Source: an uncultured bacterium (GTDB lineage: Bacteria; SAR324; NAC60-12). From it: DNA of 64,000 nt. This document shows positions 48,674 to 58,075 of the stretch, in pieces (the stretch's first letter is position 1; each line of letters opens with the position of its first letter). The notes under the pieces were generated by a model, which saw nothing but the letters and a program-made list of their open reading frames with translations, did no database searches and was not told the origin of the DNA. Location of the stretch: the NCBI GenBank assembly GCA_965662235.1, contig CBFIGY010000006.1, positions 45,021-109,020 on the forward strand. Direction: 5' to 3'. The translations under genes were made by a program, and so were the position numbers.

Positions 48674-49225
48674 TTATGCGAGGTCGGCTTTCAGTGCTGC
48701 TTTTTGCTCTGGAAGCAGGTCAAACTCCAGCCGCATTTCCGGGTGCTCACACCCAAGAGAAACCGGCGCCGAGCCTTGGGTGTCAAACTTGAGGTACTGC
48801 ACCGAGGAAAGGCGCTCTTCTCCCACCTGCCGGGCATCAAACTGCGCGTAGGCCCGTTTCCCATTTTCCAGCGATAGGTAGAGCTTCTCCGGAAGCCCCA
48901 GCAGCTTGCGCAGCTGAACGTCGCGCTCCTCCGGGGTGGCGTACTCAATCAAGAGGACGCAGCCCAACTCGCCGGCCTCTCCGATCAGCTCATTGTACGT
49001 GTCCACTTCGTGCTGAATGGCGGATTCCTTGACCAGCCGTTCTGTCCGGACCATCTCCTGAATCTGGTACCGAACCGTGTCCGTGTTCTCAAACAGGAAG
49101 GTCAGGTGGTCTCCCACATGGACGCGACGGGCTTCCTTGGTCTTCAGCATGTTGACGCGGATGGCGTCGCGCTGCTCCTCATAGGTTTCGTAATCCAGAA
49201 TCTCACTGCGTTGTACCTTTTGCAT
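48674..49225 (-). CDS. DUF3501 family protein
   Basis: RRVHVG, FLFEN, YQIQEM.R.ER, YNELI, SSVQYLKF; downstream of rubrerythrin and an Fe-S oxidoreductase. Confidence 0.88.
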   Translation of the reverse strand: MQKVQRSEILDYETYEEQRDAIRVNMLKTKEARRVHVGDHLTFLFENTDTVRYQIQEMVRTERLVKESAIQHEVDTYNELIGEAGELGCVLLIEYATPEERDVQLRKLLGLPEKLYLSLENGKRAYAQFDARQVGEERLSSVQYLKFDTQGSAPVSLGCEHPEMRLEFDLLPEQKAALKADLA

Positions 49226-49226
49226 C

Positions 49227-50588
49227 CTACGACTCCTCTTTCGGGGGAACGACTTTTTGAGGGAATCCATCTTCTCGGTACGCCCGTGCCAGAATGGACA
49301 TCGGGTGCAACGGACGGACTCCAGCGAACTGCTTGAACTGGATGGCCGCCAACGGACAGTCGGTGGCCCATACTTCGGCATTGCCTTCTTTCATGCCGTC
49401 AAAAGCTTTCTGACCAATGCGTCCGGAGTCTTCAAACGACTCGACCTTCATGGCGTAGGTGCCATCGTGTCCGCAGCACTCCATGGTGGTGCTGGCCTTC
49501 ACGCCAGGAATCTGGCGGAGCAGATCGCGTCCCTTGAAGCCGACACTCTGGGCACGGAGGTGACACGGGGCATGGTAAGAAACCTTCTCTCCGGGGGTGC
49601 TCTTAAAGTCCTTGTTGAAGCGCTCTTCCTTCCGGATGTTCCAAAGGAAGTCGGTGGGGTTCTGAATGGCGTCCGCCAGCTTCTTTGCCCGCTCTCGATC
49701 AGCGCCCGCCAAGAGCTCCGGATACTCCCGGGACATCATCATGGAGCAGGTCGGATTGATCGCCAATACCTTGGCGCCCGACTCAACGTAGGGCATGAGG
49801 ATGTCTAGGTTGTGCTTGGCCTGCTTCCGGACCTGCTCGAGGTTGCCTTGCTCCCAAGAGGGCATGCCGCAGCACTGAAGCCCCTTTGCGCAGGCGCAGC
49901 GGACTTGGTTCTTTTCCAGCACCTTGAGGGTATCAAATCCAATTTCCGGCTCATTGTTCTGCACGTAGCAGGTCTGGAAGAGCACGGCTTCTACCTGATC
50001 GGAAGCATTCTTGATCTTGCCCTGCACCTCGGCCTGCTTCTCAAACGTTTGGGCGGCGAAGTCGGGCAGGTCCTTGTCTCGGTGGATGCCGAGGACCTTC
50101 TCCATCAGCCACCGGTGCGCCTGAACGCGGTTCATGACATTGGCCATGCCGAAGCTGGCGCGGGCGGCTTTGGCGGAGGCATCCGGGTTGCCGAGCACCT
50201 TGTCCCGCAGGGTCGGTGTCTTGCGCGTTGCTTCTTGTGCCTTGTAGCGGTGCACCAGCTTCGGGAAGTCGAGCTGGAACTCGTGCTCCTCACGGGGGGT
50301 GTAGGGGCACTGCACTTCGCAGAGCTTGCACTGAAAGCAGGCGTCCATGATCCGGGACGTGTCCTGATCGTTGACCCGGCGGACGTCACCGTCGTAACGG
50401 TTGTCCAAGAGGTCAAAAAGAATCGGAAACGAGTCGCAGTACTTGAAGCACATGCGGCATCCGTGGCACAGCTCATAGGCCCGTGTCAGTTCCTTCTGCA
50501 ACGCTCCTGAGTCCCAGTATTTCGGTTCTTCCGGGTCATAAGAGAGCCCGTCCGTCGGGGTGTAGGAGATTCGTTCGTCTGCGCTCAT
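49227..50588 (-). CDS. Rubrerythrin-associated Fe-S oxidoreductase (GlpC/HdrD-like, CCG domains)
   Basis: CHGCRMCFKYC, CFQCKLCEVQCPY, QCCGMP, HAPCH, ECCGHDG motifs. Confidence 0.9.
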   Translation of the reverse strand: MSADERISYTPTDGLSYDPEEPKYWDSGALQKELTRAYELCHGCRMCFKYCDSFPILFDLLDNRYDGDVRRVNDQDTSRIMDACFQCKLCEVQCPYTPREEHEFQLDFPKLVHRYKAQEATRKTPTLRDKVLGNPDASAKAARASFGMANVMNRVQAHRWLMEKVLGIHRDKDLPDFAAQTFEKQAEVQGKIKNASDQVEAVLFQTCYVQNNEPEIGFDTLKVLEKNQVRCACAKGLQCCGMPSWEQGNLEQVRKQAKHNLDILMPYVESGAKVLAINPTCSMMMSREYPELLAGADRERAKKLADAIQNPTDFLWNIRKEERFNKDFKSTPGEKVSYHAPCHLRAQSVGFKGRDLLRQIPGVKASTTMECCGHDGTYAMKVESFEDSGRIGQKAFDGMKEGNAEVWATDCPLAAIQFKQFAGVRPLHPMSILARAYREDGFPQKVVPPKEES

Positions 50589-50692
50589 ATCCAATTCAGA
50601 AACAGTGGTTGTGGTCTGTGGCGGCGGGTCCGTCCAGACCATGGGGAGCCCCAGAAGGCAGCGGGAGCGCCTCTGGGACCCATTCAGGAGAC

Positions 50693-51112
50693 TCAGGAAA
50701 TGCTGTCGAGCATTTGCTGGAAGCGTCCGGCGTGAGACTTTTCGGCCTTGGCCAGGGTCTCAAACCAGTCTGCGATCTCGGGGAAGCCCTCTTCGCGAGC
50801 GGTCTTCGCCATGCCCGGGTACATGTCGGTGTACTCGTGGGTCTCACCGGCGATGGACGCCTTCAGGTTGTCCTCGGTGTCACCGATCGGCAGACCGGTT
50901 GCGGGGTCACCCACCTTGCGGAGGTAGTCCAAGTGACCGTGAGCGTGGCCGGTTTCGCCTTCAGCGGTTTCACGGAAGTTTCCTGCCACTTCCGGGAAGC
51001 CCTCGACGTCAGCCACCTTGGCCATCCAGAGGTAACGGCGGTTGGCTTGAGATTCGCCGGCAAAGGCTTCCTTGAGGTTTTCGTGCGTCTTGGTCCCTGT
51101 CAGATCAGACAT
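50693..51112 (-). CDS. Rubrerythrin (short form, no rubredoxin domain)
   Basis: [44 protein letters not shown]. Confidence 0.95.
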   Translation of the reverse strand: MSDLTGTKTHENLKEAFAGESQANRRYLWMAKVADVEGFPEVAGNFRETAEGETGHAHGHLDYLRKVGDPATGLPIGDTEDNLKASIAGETHEYTDMYPGMAKTAREEGFPEIADWFETLAKAEKSHAGRFQQMLDSIS

Positions 51113-51169
51113 GGCTTCTCCTTGCAAATTGAGGTGATTGAGTAGGGTTATACGTAAACGTACAATTCC

Positions 51170-51234
51170 AAGCTAGCTCAATTCCGGGCATTCTCCAATT
51201 GTTTCTTTCTATCTGTCCGATAGGCAGGGGCTAT
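51170..51234 (-). promoter_or_regulatory. OxyR-like binding site abutting the rubrerythrin promoter
   Basis: ATAG-N7-CTAT-N7-ATAG-N7-CAAT (51234-51198) followed by TTGGAG-N17-TAGCTT; lies between two peroxide-defence units. Confidence 0.75.
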
Positions 51235-51367
51235 GAGTGCGGCATGAAATTTCGCTTGTCAAACACCCCCTCCTCACCCAGACTTTTTGGTGGACCTTCC
51301 CCTTCGTCTCTTCCGCACAGGAAAAGGACGATTCTTTCATCAACGACTCGATACTTAAGGAGTTCCT

Positions 51368-51865
51368 ATGGCTGAAATCACACTCCGGGGTGACGTGCAA
51401 CACACCAGCGGCGACCTACCGGCTGCCGGAAGCACCCCCCAGTTCTCCCTTGTCGGTGGCGACCTGAGCCCCGTCACCAATGAATCCCTCAAGGGCAAAA
51501 ACATCATCCTCAACATTTTTCCTAGCATCGACACCCCCACCTGCGCCCAGTCGGTCCGGACCTTCAATGAAAACGCGGCGGGCAAGGACAACACGGTTGT
51601 GGTCTGCGTCTCGGCTGACCTTCCATTTGCGCAAACCCGTTTCTGCGGCGCCGAAGGTTTGGAAAACGTCACCGTCGCTTCGACCTTCCGGAACCCTGAG
51701 TTTGGCTCCGACTTCGGAGTGCGCATTGAAGATGGTCCTCTGGCAGGACTGATGGCCCGTGCGATTGTCGTCCTGAACGGTTCCGGAGCCGTCACCCACA
51801 CGGAACTGGTCTCTGAAATTGCGGACGAGCCCAACTACGAGGCTGCTCTGAACGCCCTTCAATGA
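51368..51865 (+). CDS. tpx: Thiol peroxidase (atypical 2-Cys peroxiredoxin)
   Basis: NIFPSIDTPTC, SADLPFAQTRFCGAEG, EIADEPNY motifs. Confidence 0.97.
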   Translation: MAEITLRGDVQHTSGDLPAAGSTPQFSLVGGDLSPVTNESLKGKNIILNIFPSIDTPTCAQSVRTFNENAAGKDNTVVVCVSADLPFAQTRFCGAEGLENVTVASTFRNPEFGSDFGVRIEDGPLAGLMARAIVVLNGSGAVTHTELVSEIADEPNYEAALNALQ

Positions 51866-52308
51866 CAACTCCACTGGTCCGACCGGTTCAGGAAGCCGAC
51901 CTTCCGGAGTGGAAGGGGCTTTATCAGCAGTATGCGGACTTCTACCAGGTCCCCATGCCGCCGGAAGTCCTGGAAACCGTCTGGCGTTGGCTCCATGACC
52001 CTCAGCATGAAACGGAGGGCCTGGTGGCCGAGCACAACGGTCGCTTGGTGGGGCTCGCGCACTTCCGGCGCATGCCCAGTCCCCTCCGAGGCGGTGACAT
52101 CGGATTTCTCGATGACCTCTTTGTGGCTCCGGAAGCACGTGGGCTTCGCCTTGGAGAAGCCCTGATGGAGCGGCTCCGGAACCTTGCTCAGGAGCGAGGT
52201 TGGGCCAAAGTTCGCTGGATCACAGCAGATGACAACTACCGGGCCCGGGGTCTCTATGACCGCGTGGGTCAGAAGACGGGGTGGAATACCTACGAAATCA
52301 CCCTGTGA
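51862..52308 (+). CDS. GNAT family N-acetyltransferase
   Basis: LDDLFVAPEARGLRLG, WITADDNYRARGLYD motifs. Confidence 0.92.
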   Translation: MTTPLVRPVQEADLPEWKGLYQQYADFYQVPMPPEVLETVWRWLHDPQHETEGLVAEHNGRLVGLAHFRRMPSPLRGGDIGFLDDLFVAPEARGLRLGEALMERLRNLAQERGWAKVRWITADDNYRARGLYDRVGQKTGWNTYEITL

Positions 52309-52477
52309 ACTCCGGTTCCGTTTAGGAGCTCAGGCGTCTGGGAGGGCCACGGCCCTTCCAGCTTGAGTTTGCTCCTGCTCCTGCCTCATAATTCTCTGTT
52401 TTTTATCCCTTGCCGCAGCCGGCCTGCGGGCAACATCCCTGAGCGCAAGCTCCTCGTTTCTCAGCACACACCTGATC

Positions 52478-54952
52478 ATGGCACTTCGCACCCCCATTCG
52501 CTGGCTTCAGGATTTTGTATCCTGCCCCCTCACTCCGGAAGAACTTGCGGAGCGGTTGACCATCTCTGGAATGGAGGTCGAAGGAGTTGAGCGGATTGGA
52601 GAAAACTGGGGCGACCGCTGCCTCGTTGCCGAGGTACAGGAGGTGGTGAAGCACCCGGACGCGGATTCCCTTAGCCTTGTGACTGTCAAGTACGGCGATC
52701 AGGACACTCTGCAGCTGGTGACCGGTGCCCCTAACATTCGGGAACTGGAGTCTGGGCTTCCGGAGACTCCTGTCAAGGTGGCCCTGGCGCTGACCGGAGC
52801 CAAGCTGATCAATCCGTACAAGGAGGGGCATCCGCTGACTGAGCTGAAGCCGTCCAAGATTCGTGGCATCCGCTCCGAGGGCATGATCTGCTCTGAGCTG
52901 GAGCTGGGCATTGGAGAGTCGCATGAAGGCGTCCTTCTTCTTCCGGAAGAAGCCCCAACGGGCACGCTGCTCCGTGATTACCTCGGAGACGCGGTCCTCG
53001 ACTTTGACATCAAGGGGGGATTTGCGCACCTGCTCTCCATTCTCGGCATTGCCCGGGAGACCGCTGCCATCCTTGATCGACCGCTGAAGCGAGACGTGCT
53101 CCCCGATGCCTCCACGTTGGAAGTGGTGGCGCAGCCAGAGGCCATCGGCTTGGAGATTCAGGACCCGGACCTGTGCCCACGCTACTCCGCGCTTCTGATC
53201 CGCGGGGTCACGGTGGGGCCGTCCCCGTTTTGGATGCAGCAGCGCCTGATCCGCTGCGGCATGCGGCCGATCAACAACATTGTCGACATCACCAACTACG
53301 TCATGCTGGAGCTCGGGCAGCCGCTGCACGCCTTCGATTATCAGAAGCTCCGTGAGCGCGCTGGTGGTGAGCGCCCTACGATCATTGTGCGCCGGGCCCG
53401 CTCTGGAGAAACGCTCACCACCTTGGATGATGTGGAGCGCGCGCTTGATGAAAACATGCTGATGATCACTGACACCGCAGGGTTGATTGCCATTGCGGGG
53501 GTCATGGGAGGCGCTGATACCGAAGTGACGGAGGCCAGCACGGACATTCTCCTTGAAGCCGCCAGCTTTGAGTTTCTCAACAACCGCCGTACTGTTCAGC
53601 AGCTCAAGCTCCGGACAGAAGCCGCCGAGCGCTTTGGCAAGCAACTCGATCCTGACGGCACCCTGCTCGCTGCACTGCGAGCCGCCGAGCTGATGGCGAC
53701 TTACGGAGGAGGACAGCTTGATCCGGTGGCAGGAGACCTCTATCCGGGGCAGCCAGAACCGGTGACGCTGGAGCTTGATCCCAACTACGTCCACCGACTG
53801 CTGGGCATTGAACTTCCGGTCGCAGAGATGATCCGGATCCTGGAAGCCCTTGAGTTTCAGGTGACGCCGGGGGATTCCCTCACGGTGACGGTCCCGAATC
53901 ACCGCCAGGACGTCCGCATTCCCGCCGACCTGGTGGAGGAAATTGTCCGCATCCACGGCTACACCCAGATGCCGGCCACCTTGATCCGCGATGAGCTTCC
54001 ACCACAGCGCCCGAACCCGGGGGTGGAGCATGCGGAGCGCATCCGGAACCTGCTCACGGGGCTGGGACTGGATGAGATCATCACCTACTCCATGGTTGAC
54101 CCGCACGACGAGGCGCGTCTGGCTCAACAGGAAGCTCCGGACCTGAGCCAGTTTGTCCCTCTGAAAAATCCACTCTCTCAGGAACGCACCCACCTGCGTC
54201 GGACGCTGTTTCCGGGCGCTTTGCAGACTGCGCGGTCGAACCTACGCTTTCTGGACCGCATCACGCTGTTTGAGGTGGGGAGCGTCTTTCACCCTCAGGC
54301 GGGACAAACGCTTCCTGAAGAGCCCCGGCGCCTGAGCATCCTCCTGACCGGCATCCGTCAAGACGCCGGGTGGCAGGGGGCGGAAGCCGGGAAGCTGGAT
54401 TTCTTTGACCTCAAGGGATTGCTGGAGGAATTCTTTCAGGCGCTGCACGTGTCAGTGGAGTGGGCGCAGGCTCAGGAAGCACCGTTTCACCCCGGACGCT
54501 GTGCGGCGTTGCGGGTTGCGGGCACCTTAGTGGGACATGCCGGTGAGTTGCATCCGGAACTGCGGCACGCGTTTGAATTACCCGAACAGCCCATTGCCCT
54601 AGCACACTTCGATGTGACGGCGCTGATGAGTTCGTCAATTTCCGGGTACCAGATGCAGGACATTTCGGCGTTCACCCCCGTGTTTGAGGACCTGGCGGTG
54701 GTGGTGGATGCTGAGGTTCCTGCGGCTTCGGTGGAGACACTGCTCTATGAAGCCGGCGGAGCCTTGGTGCGTGACGCCCGCTTGTTTGATGTGTACCAGG
54801 GGGAACAGGTTCCTGCAGGTAAAAAGAGCCTCGCCTATGCGCTCACCTATCAAGCGACCGACCGGACCCTGAGTGACAAGGACGTGGAGAAGACCCGTAA
54901 GCGCATCATCAAGCGCTTGGAGCAGAACCTGGGCGCTTCCCTGAGAGCCTGA
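52478..54952 (+). CDS. pheT: Phenylalanine--tRNA ligase beta subunit
   Basis: HPDADSL, SEGMICSELELG, PINNIVDITNYV, GQPLHAFD, DLVEEIVRIHGY, FDVYQG...KSLAY motifs. Confidence 0.96.
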   Translation: MALRTPIRWLQDFVSCPLTPEELAERLTISGMEVEGVERIGENWGDRCLVAEVQEVVKHPDADSLSLVTVKYGDQDTLQLVTGAPNIRELESGLPETPVKVALALTGAKLINPYKEGHPLTELKPSKIRGIRSEGMICSELELGIGESHEGVLLLPEEAPTGTLLRDYLGDAVLDFDIKGGFAHLLSILGIARETAAILDRPLKRDVLPDASTLEVVAQPEAIGLEIQDPDLCPRYSALLIRGVTVGPSPFWMQQRLIRCGMRPINNIVDITNYVMLELGQPLHAFDYQKLRERAGGERPTIIVRRARSGETLTTLDDVERALDENMLMITDTAGLIAIAGVMGGADTEVTEASTDILLEAASFEFLNNRRTVQQLKLRTEAAERFGKQLDPDGTLLAALRAAELMATYGGGQLDPVAGDLYPGQPEPVTLELDPNYVHRLLGIELPVAEMIRILEALEFQVTPGDSLTVTVPNHRQDVRIPADLVEEIVRIHGYTQMPATLIRDELPPQRPNPGVEHAERIRNLLTGLGLDEIITYSMVDPHDEARLAQQEAPDLSQFVPLKNPLSQERTHLRRTLFPGALQTARSNLRFLDRITLFEVGSVFHPQAGQTLPEEPRRLSILLTGIRQDAGWQGAEAGKLDFFDLKGLLEEFFQALHVSVEWAQAQEAPFHPGRCAALRVAGTLVGHAGELHPELRHAFELPEQPIALAHFDVTALMSSSISGYQMQDISAFTPVFEDLAVVVDAEVPAASVETLLYEAGGALVRDARLFDVYQGEQVPAGKKSLAYALTYQATDRTLSDKDVEKTRKRIIKRLEQNLGASLRA

Positions 54953-55311
54953 TGGGCAAACACCTCGCCCATTTCTTTGCGGCGTTCCAGTACTCGATGG
55001 CCGGCTTTCGAGACACCTGGGCGTCTGAGATGGCATTCCGGCAGGAGGTCATCTTGGCCTGCCTCCTGGTTCCAGGCGCCATGATCCTTCCGGTTCCTCT
55101 GCTGGCCAAGCTGTACCTCATTGGGGCCATGCTGCTGGTTCTGATTACAGAACTGCTCAACTCTGGACTGGAGGCCATTGTGGACCTGGCGTCTCCGGAG
55201 AAGCATCCACTGGCCAAGAAAGCCAAGGACTGCGGCAGCGCGGCGGTTTTCATTGCCTTGGTGCACTTGGGCGCGGCTTGGGGACTCACCCTCTTCAACC
55301 TGACACGCTAA
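54952..55311 (+). CDS. dgkA: Diacylglycerol kinase
   Basis: SEMAFRQE, ELLNSGLEAIVD, AKDCGSAAV motifs. Confidence 0.93.
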   Translation: MGKHLAHFFAAFQYSMAGFRDTWASEMAFRQEVILACLLVPGAMILPVPLLAKLYLIGAMLLVLITELLNSGLEAIVDLASPEKHPLAKKAKDCGSAAVFIALVHLGAAWGLTLFNLTR

Positions 55312-55319
55312 CGCTCGCC

Positions 55320-55565
55320 ATGCAGATCACGCTTCTTCCCTTCGCGGTTCTCAAAGAACACTTCCCAGCAGAAGGCTTCCCCCTAGAGCTTCCGGACGGC
55401 ACCACGGCCAAAGAGGCGCTGGACTTGCTGTCGGCGCAGCATGAAACCCTAGCTCCGCTGCTTCAGGTCACCCGCTTGGCACATGACGACGAGTACGTCG
55501 CCAAACGGGCTGCTCTGGTGGACGGTGCTGAGTACTGCCTCATTCCTCCGGTCAGCGGTGGTTGA
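55320..55565 (+). CDS. moaD: MoaD/ThiS family sulfur-carrier protein
   Basis: 81 aa, FAVLKE near the N-terminus, C-terminal IPPVSGG. Confidence 0.85.
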   Translation: MQITLLPFAVLKEHFPAEGFPLELPDGTTAKEALDLLSAQHETLAPLLQVTRLAHDDEYVAKRAALVDGAEYCLIPPVSGG

Positions 55566-55613
55566 TTTTGGTTGATTTTCTTTAATCTTTTCTTGCGCAT
55601 TCGGGAAATCACT

Positions 55614-55636
55614 CTATGTTCATACTGTGAACATAG
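55614..55636 (+). promoter_or_regulatory. Perfect inverted repeat upstream of the wHTH regulator (probable autoregulatory operator)
   Basis: CTATGTTCA-N5-TGAACATAG, 24 nt before the start codon, overlapping a possible TTGCGC-N16-TATGTT promoter. Confidence 0.65.
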
Positions 55637-55660
55637 CTGCTTGCCTGACCGAACCGCCCT

Positions 55661-56224
55661 GTGACCCCTGAAGAACACCGTACCCTGAACCTGCTAGAAG
55701 CCGTGGAGGAAAGTTCTTCGGTGAACCAGCGGGAGCTTGCCAACCAGTTGGGCATCTCTCTGGGGCTCACCAACGCCTACCTCCAGAAGGTGCTGAAGAA
55801 GGGATTCCTCCGGGCCACACAGGTTGAGCCACGTCGCTGGCTGTACTTCCTCACCCCTCAAGGCGCGCTTGAGAAAAGTCGCCTGAGCCTCAACTACCTG
55901 CACCGAACCCTAGATTCCTTTCGGGACCTCCGGAACCGCACCGAAAAGCTCCTGCTGACGCTAGAAGCACAGGAGGTTCAGGGCCTCCACCTCTGTGGAG
56001 ATGGGGATCTGTTGGACGTGGTGCAGCTCTGCCTTTCGGGAACACAGCTCAACCTGCTTTCCATTCTCCCAGAGCAAGAAGTGCTTTCCGGAAGCTACCC
56101 CCTTCCCAAGCTTCGATCTGCAGACCGCATCCTTGTTGCCTCGCTGGTGCAAGGAGACCTGCTCGCGACCGAGTTCCGCGCCAAGGGCTTGATTGAGGGC
56201 CGGCACTGGATTCAGTTCTACTGA
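55661..56224 (+). CDS. MarR-family winged-helix regulator (EPS/LPS-associated type)
   Basis: NQRELANQLGISLGLTNAYL...KKG...YFLTPQGALEKSRL motif. Confidence 0.88.
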   Translation: MTPEEHRTLNLLEAVEESSSVNQRELANQLGISLGLTNAYLQKVLKKGFLRATQVEPRRWLYFLTPQGALEKSRLSLNYLHRTLDSFRDLRNRTEKLLLTLEAQEVQGLHLCGDGDLLDVVQLCLSGTQLNLLSILPEQEVLSGSYPLPKLRSADRILVASLVQGDLLATEFRAKGLIEGRHWIQFY

Positions 56225-56234
56225 GCCGTTTCCC

Positions 56235-57272
56235 TCAGCCTTCCGGAGTGTTTTCCTGTTGCTGAAGCCGTTCCTGCAGTCGACTCACCAGTTCCTCATC
56301 GGTCAGTAGCTTCAGGCACCCACCGTGCGGACAGGCGTCTCCTCGACACTGTCGCGGCTCCTGAATGTCCGGAAGCATCACCCACTCCCGTTGTTGATAC
56401 GGCCCCCAGCGGTTAGGCGTGAAGGGGATGGCCGGACAGTAAAAGCTCATCAGGGGACGCTTGAGCGCATCGGCCAAGTGAATGGGGCCGGTGCTACTGG
56501 CAAGCAGCAGCTGAGACGACCCCACCACCTGCAGCATCTCCTCCAGTGAAAACCGCCCCGTCCGGTTGAGCACTCGCTCTTCTGAAAAACCGGCCCGGAG
56601 GTCCTCTGCCACAGGCGAATCATCATGACTGCCCGTGATCAGCACGGCCCAGTCCGTTTCCTGAAGCAACGTCTGAATGAGCAGCCGGTACTGATGCTTG
56701 GACAGGTTAGGGGCCGAGCCGCCACTCCCAGGATGCAGCACCGCGTACCGCACCGGAAGGTTCTCGCGGGCCCGTAGCGCTCCAGGCACCCGAAGGTTTT
56801 CTGCAAATGCAAACTGAGCCGGTTCTGGCTCCGGAAGAAGGGGCTTCAGGAGTTCCAGGTTGTAATCGGCTTCATGCCGCGCACACTGGCTGCGGTGCTG
56901 ACGGAACGTGTCGGTGAAAAGAAACCGGTACCAGCGATCCGCAGAGCCAATCCGTTGTGGAATCCCTGCCCATTTCAAGGGCAACGCCAGCTCCGGACGA
57001 GGATGAAAGAGCACAGCCGCTGTGATCTGCTGAGCCTTGAGTTCGGAGGCGAGCTGCTTCATCCCCTTCCACCCGCGGTGCCGCTCCGGATCATAGGTCA
57101 GGATCTGGTCAATGCCTTGGTAGTGCCGCAGGAGTGGATGCGTGTAGGTCCGGGCCAAGAAGCTAAGGGTCGCCTCAGGAAACCGGGCGCGCAGCGCGGT
57201 GACTGCAGGCAGGGTGAGAACCGTGTCCCCAATGCGATCCGTCCGGACCAGAAGGATGTGAAGGCCCTTCAT
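56235..57272 (-). CDS. Glycosyltransferase family 9 (LPS heptosyltransferase-like)
   Basis: ILLVRTDRIGDTVLTLP, HPGSGGSA, STGPIHLA, RWGP motifs. Confidence 0.9.
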   Translation of the reverse strand: MKGLHILLVRTDRIGDTVLTLPAVTALRARFPEATLSFLARTYTHPLLRHYQGIDQILTYDPERHRGWKGMKQLASELKAQQITAAVLFHPRPELALPLKWAGIPQRIGSADRWYRFLFTDTFRQHRSQCARHEADYNLELLKPLLPEPEPAQFAFAENLRVPGALRARENLPVRYAVLHPGSGGSAPNLSKHQYRLLIQTLLQETDWAVLITGSHDDSPVAEDLRAGFSEERVLNRTGRFSLEEMLQVVGSSQLLLASSTGPIHLADALKRPLMSFYCPAIPFTPNRWGPYQQREWVMLPDIQEPRQCRGDACPHGGCLKLLTDEELVSRLQERLQQQENTPEG

Positions 57273-58075
57273 TGCATCCCCTCCCGGAAGGTGGGATAGC
57301 GCAACGAAAGGCCAAGCTCCTGGAGCAGGCGTGTGTTGTCAATGCGACGGTGGGGGGCGTTCATTTCGGTGGCGGGAACCGTCCGTGCCGGCAACAGGTC
57401 CGGAGACAGCTCTGGGTGATGTTCCACCAGCCAGCGTCCGGCTTCCCAAGAAACGCAGGGCTCTTCATCCACGGCATTGACCGGCGAGACTCCTTCCGGA
57501 TGCTCCACCAGCCAGCGGACCACTTGGGCCAGGTCGTACACGTGAATGCGGTGGGTTGGAGACTGCGCCTCCGGGAGCCCACGTCCGTCCTTCAGGCGCT
57601 CGACGAGGCTTCGGCCGGGTCCGTAGATGCCGCCGGGTCGCACCACCTGCAGGTCAAAGTAGCGGGCGAGGGTTTGTTCCGTCATCAAGCGCAAACGCCC
57701 CGAAAGCGAATCAGGCTCAAAGGAGGACGTTTCTGACCAGGTGCCATCGCGACGTGGGTAGACTCCGGTGGTGGAAACGTACACCATCCGTTTCAGCTGT
57801 GGGCGGTGCTGCTGCATCCAGGCTCCCCACTCATGGAGGCGGTTCTGTTCCGGTTCCAGCTCCCGGAACACCGGAGGCGCGGTGACAATCAAGACGGCCG
57901 GTGCTTCCGGAAGCACGTGGTTGGATTCAAGGCGGCTCCAGTCCCACGCCAGTCGAGGGAGCGGGCTCTGCGGATCCGTGCTGCGAGAGGCGGCCCAAGA
58001 GCCGTTGGGCCAGGTAAAGTCGTGAAGGAGGGTGCGGCCCAGAAAGCCAACGCCCAAAAGGCCAATGGGGGTCAT
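57269..58075 (-). CDS. NAD(P)-binding atypical SDR (YeeZ-like epimerase family)
   Basis: GVGFLG, YVSTTGVY, GGIYGPGR, RIHVYDL, YPTFREG motifs. Confidence 0.85.
   Translation of the reverse strand: MTPIGLLGVGFLGRTLLHDFTWPNGSWAASRSTDPQSPLPRLAWDWSRLESNHVLPEAPAVLIVTAPPVFRELEPEQNRLHEWGAWMQQHRPQLKRMVYVSTTGVYPRRDGTWSETSSFEPDSLSGRLRLMTEQTLARYFDLQVVRPGGIYGPGRSLVERLKDGRGLPEAQSPTHRIHVYDLAQVVRWLVEHPEGVSPVNAVDEEPCVSWEAGRWLVEHHPELSPDLLPARTVPATEMNAPHRRIDNTRLLQELGLSLRYPTFREGMQ

Noticed and set aside
48674..51112. Rubrerythrin-FeS oxidoreductase-DUF3501 as a novel system
   Set aside because: This gene trio is already described; only its OxyR-like site is reported as a finding.
52403..54193. 596-aa ORF antisense to pheT (also 17130-18149, 18815-19903, 7339-8241, 5924-6811)
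   Set aside because: Shadow ORFs on the opposite strand of well-supported genes in GC-rich DNA; no recognisable motifs.
55320..55565. Ubiquitin-like protein as part of a bacterial ubiquitination or defence system
   Set aside because: No E1, E2 or JAB genes nearby; the sequence fits an ordinary MoaD.
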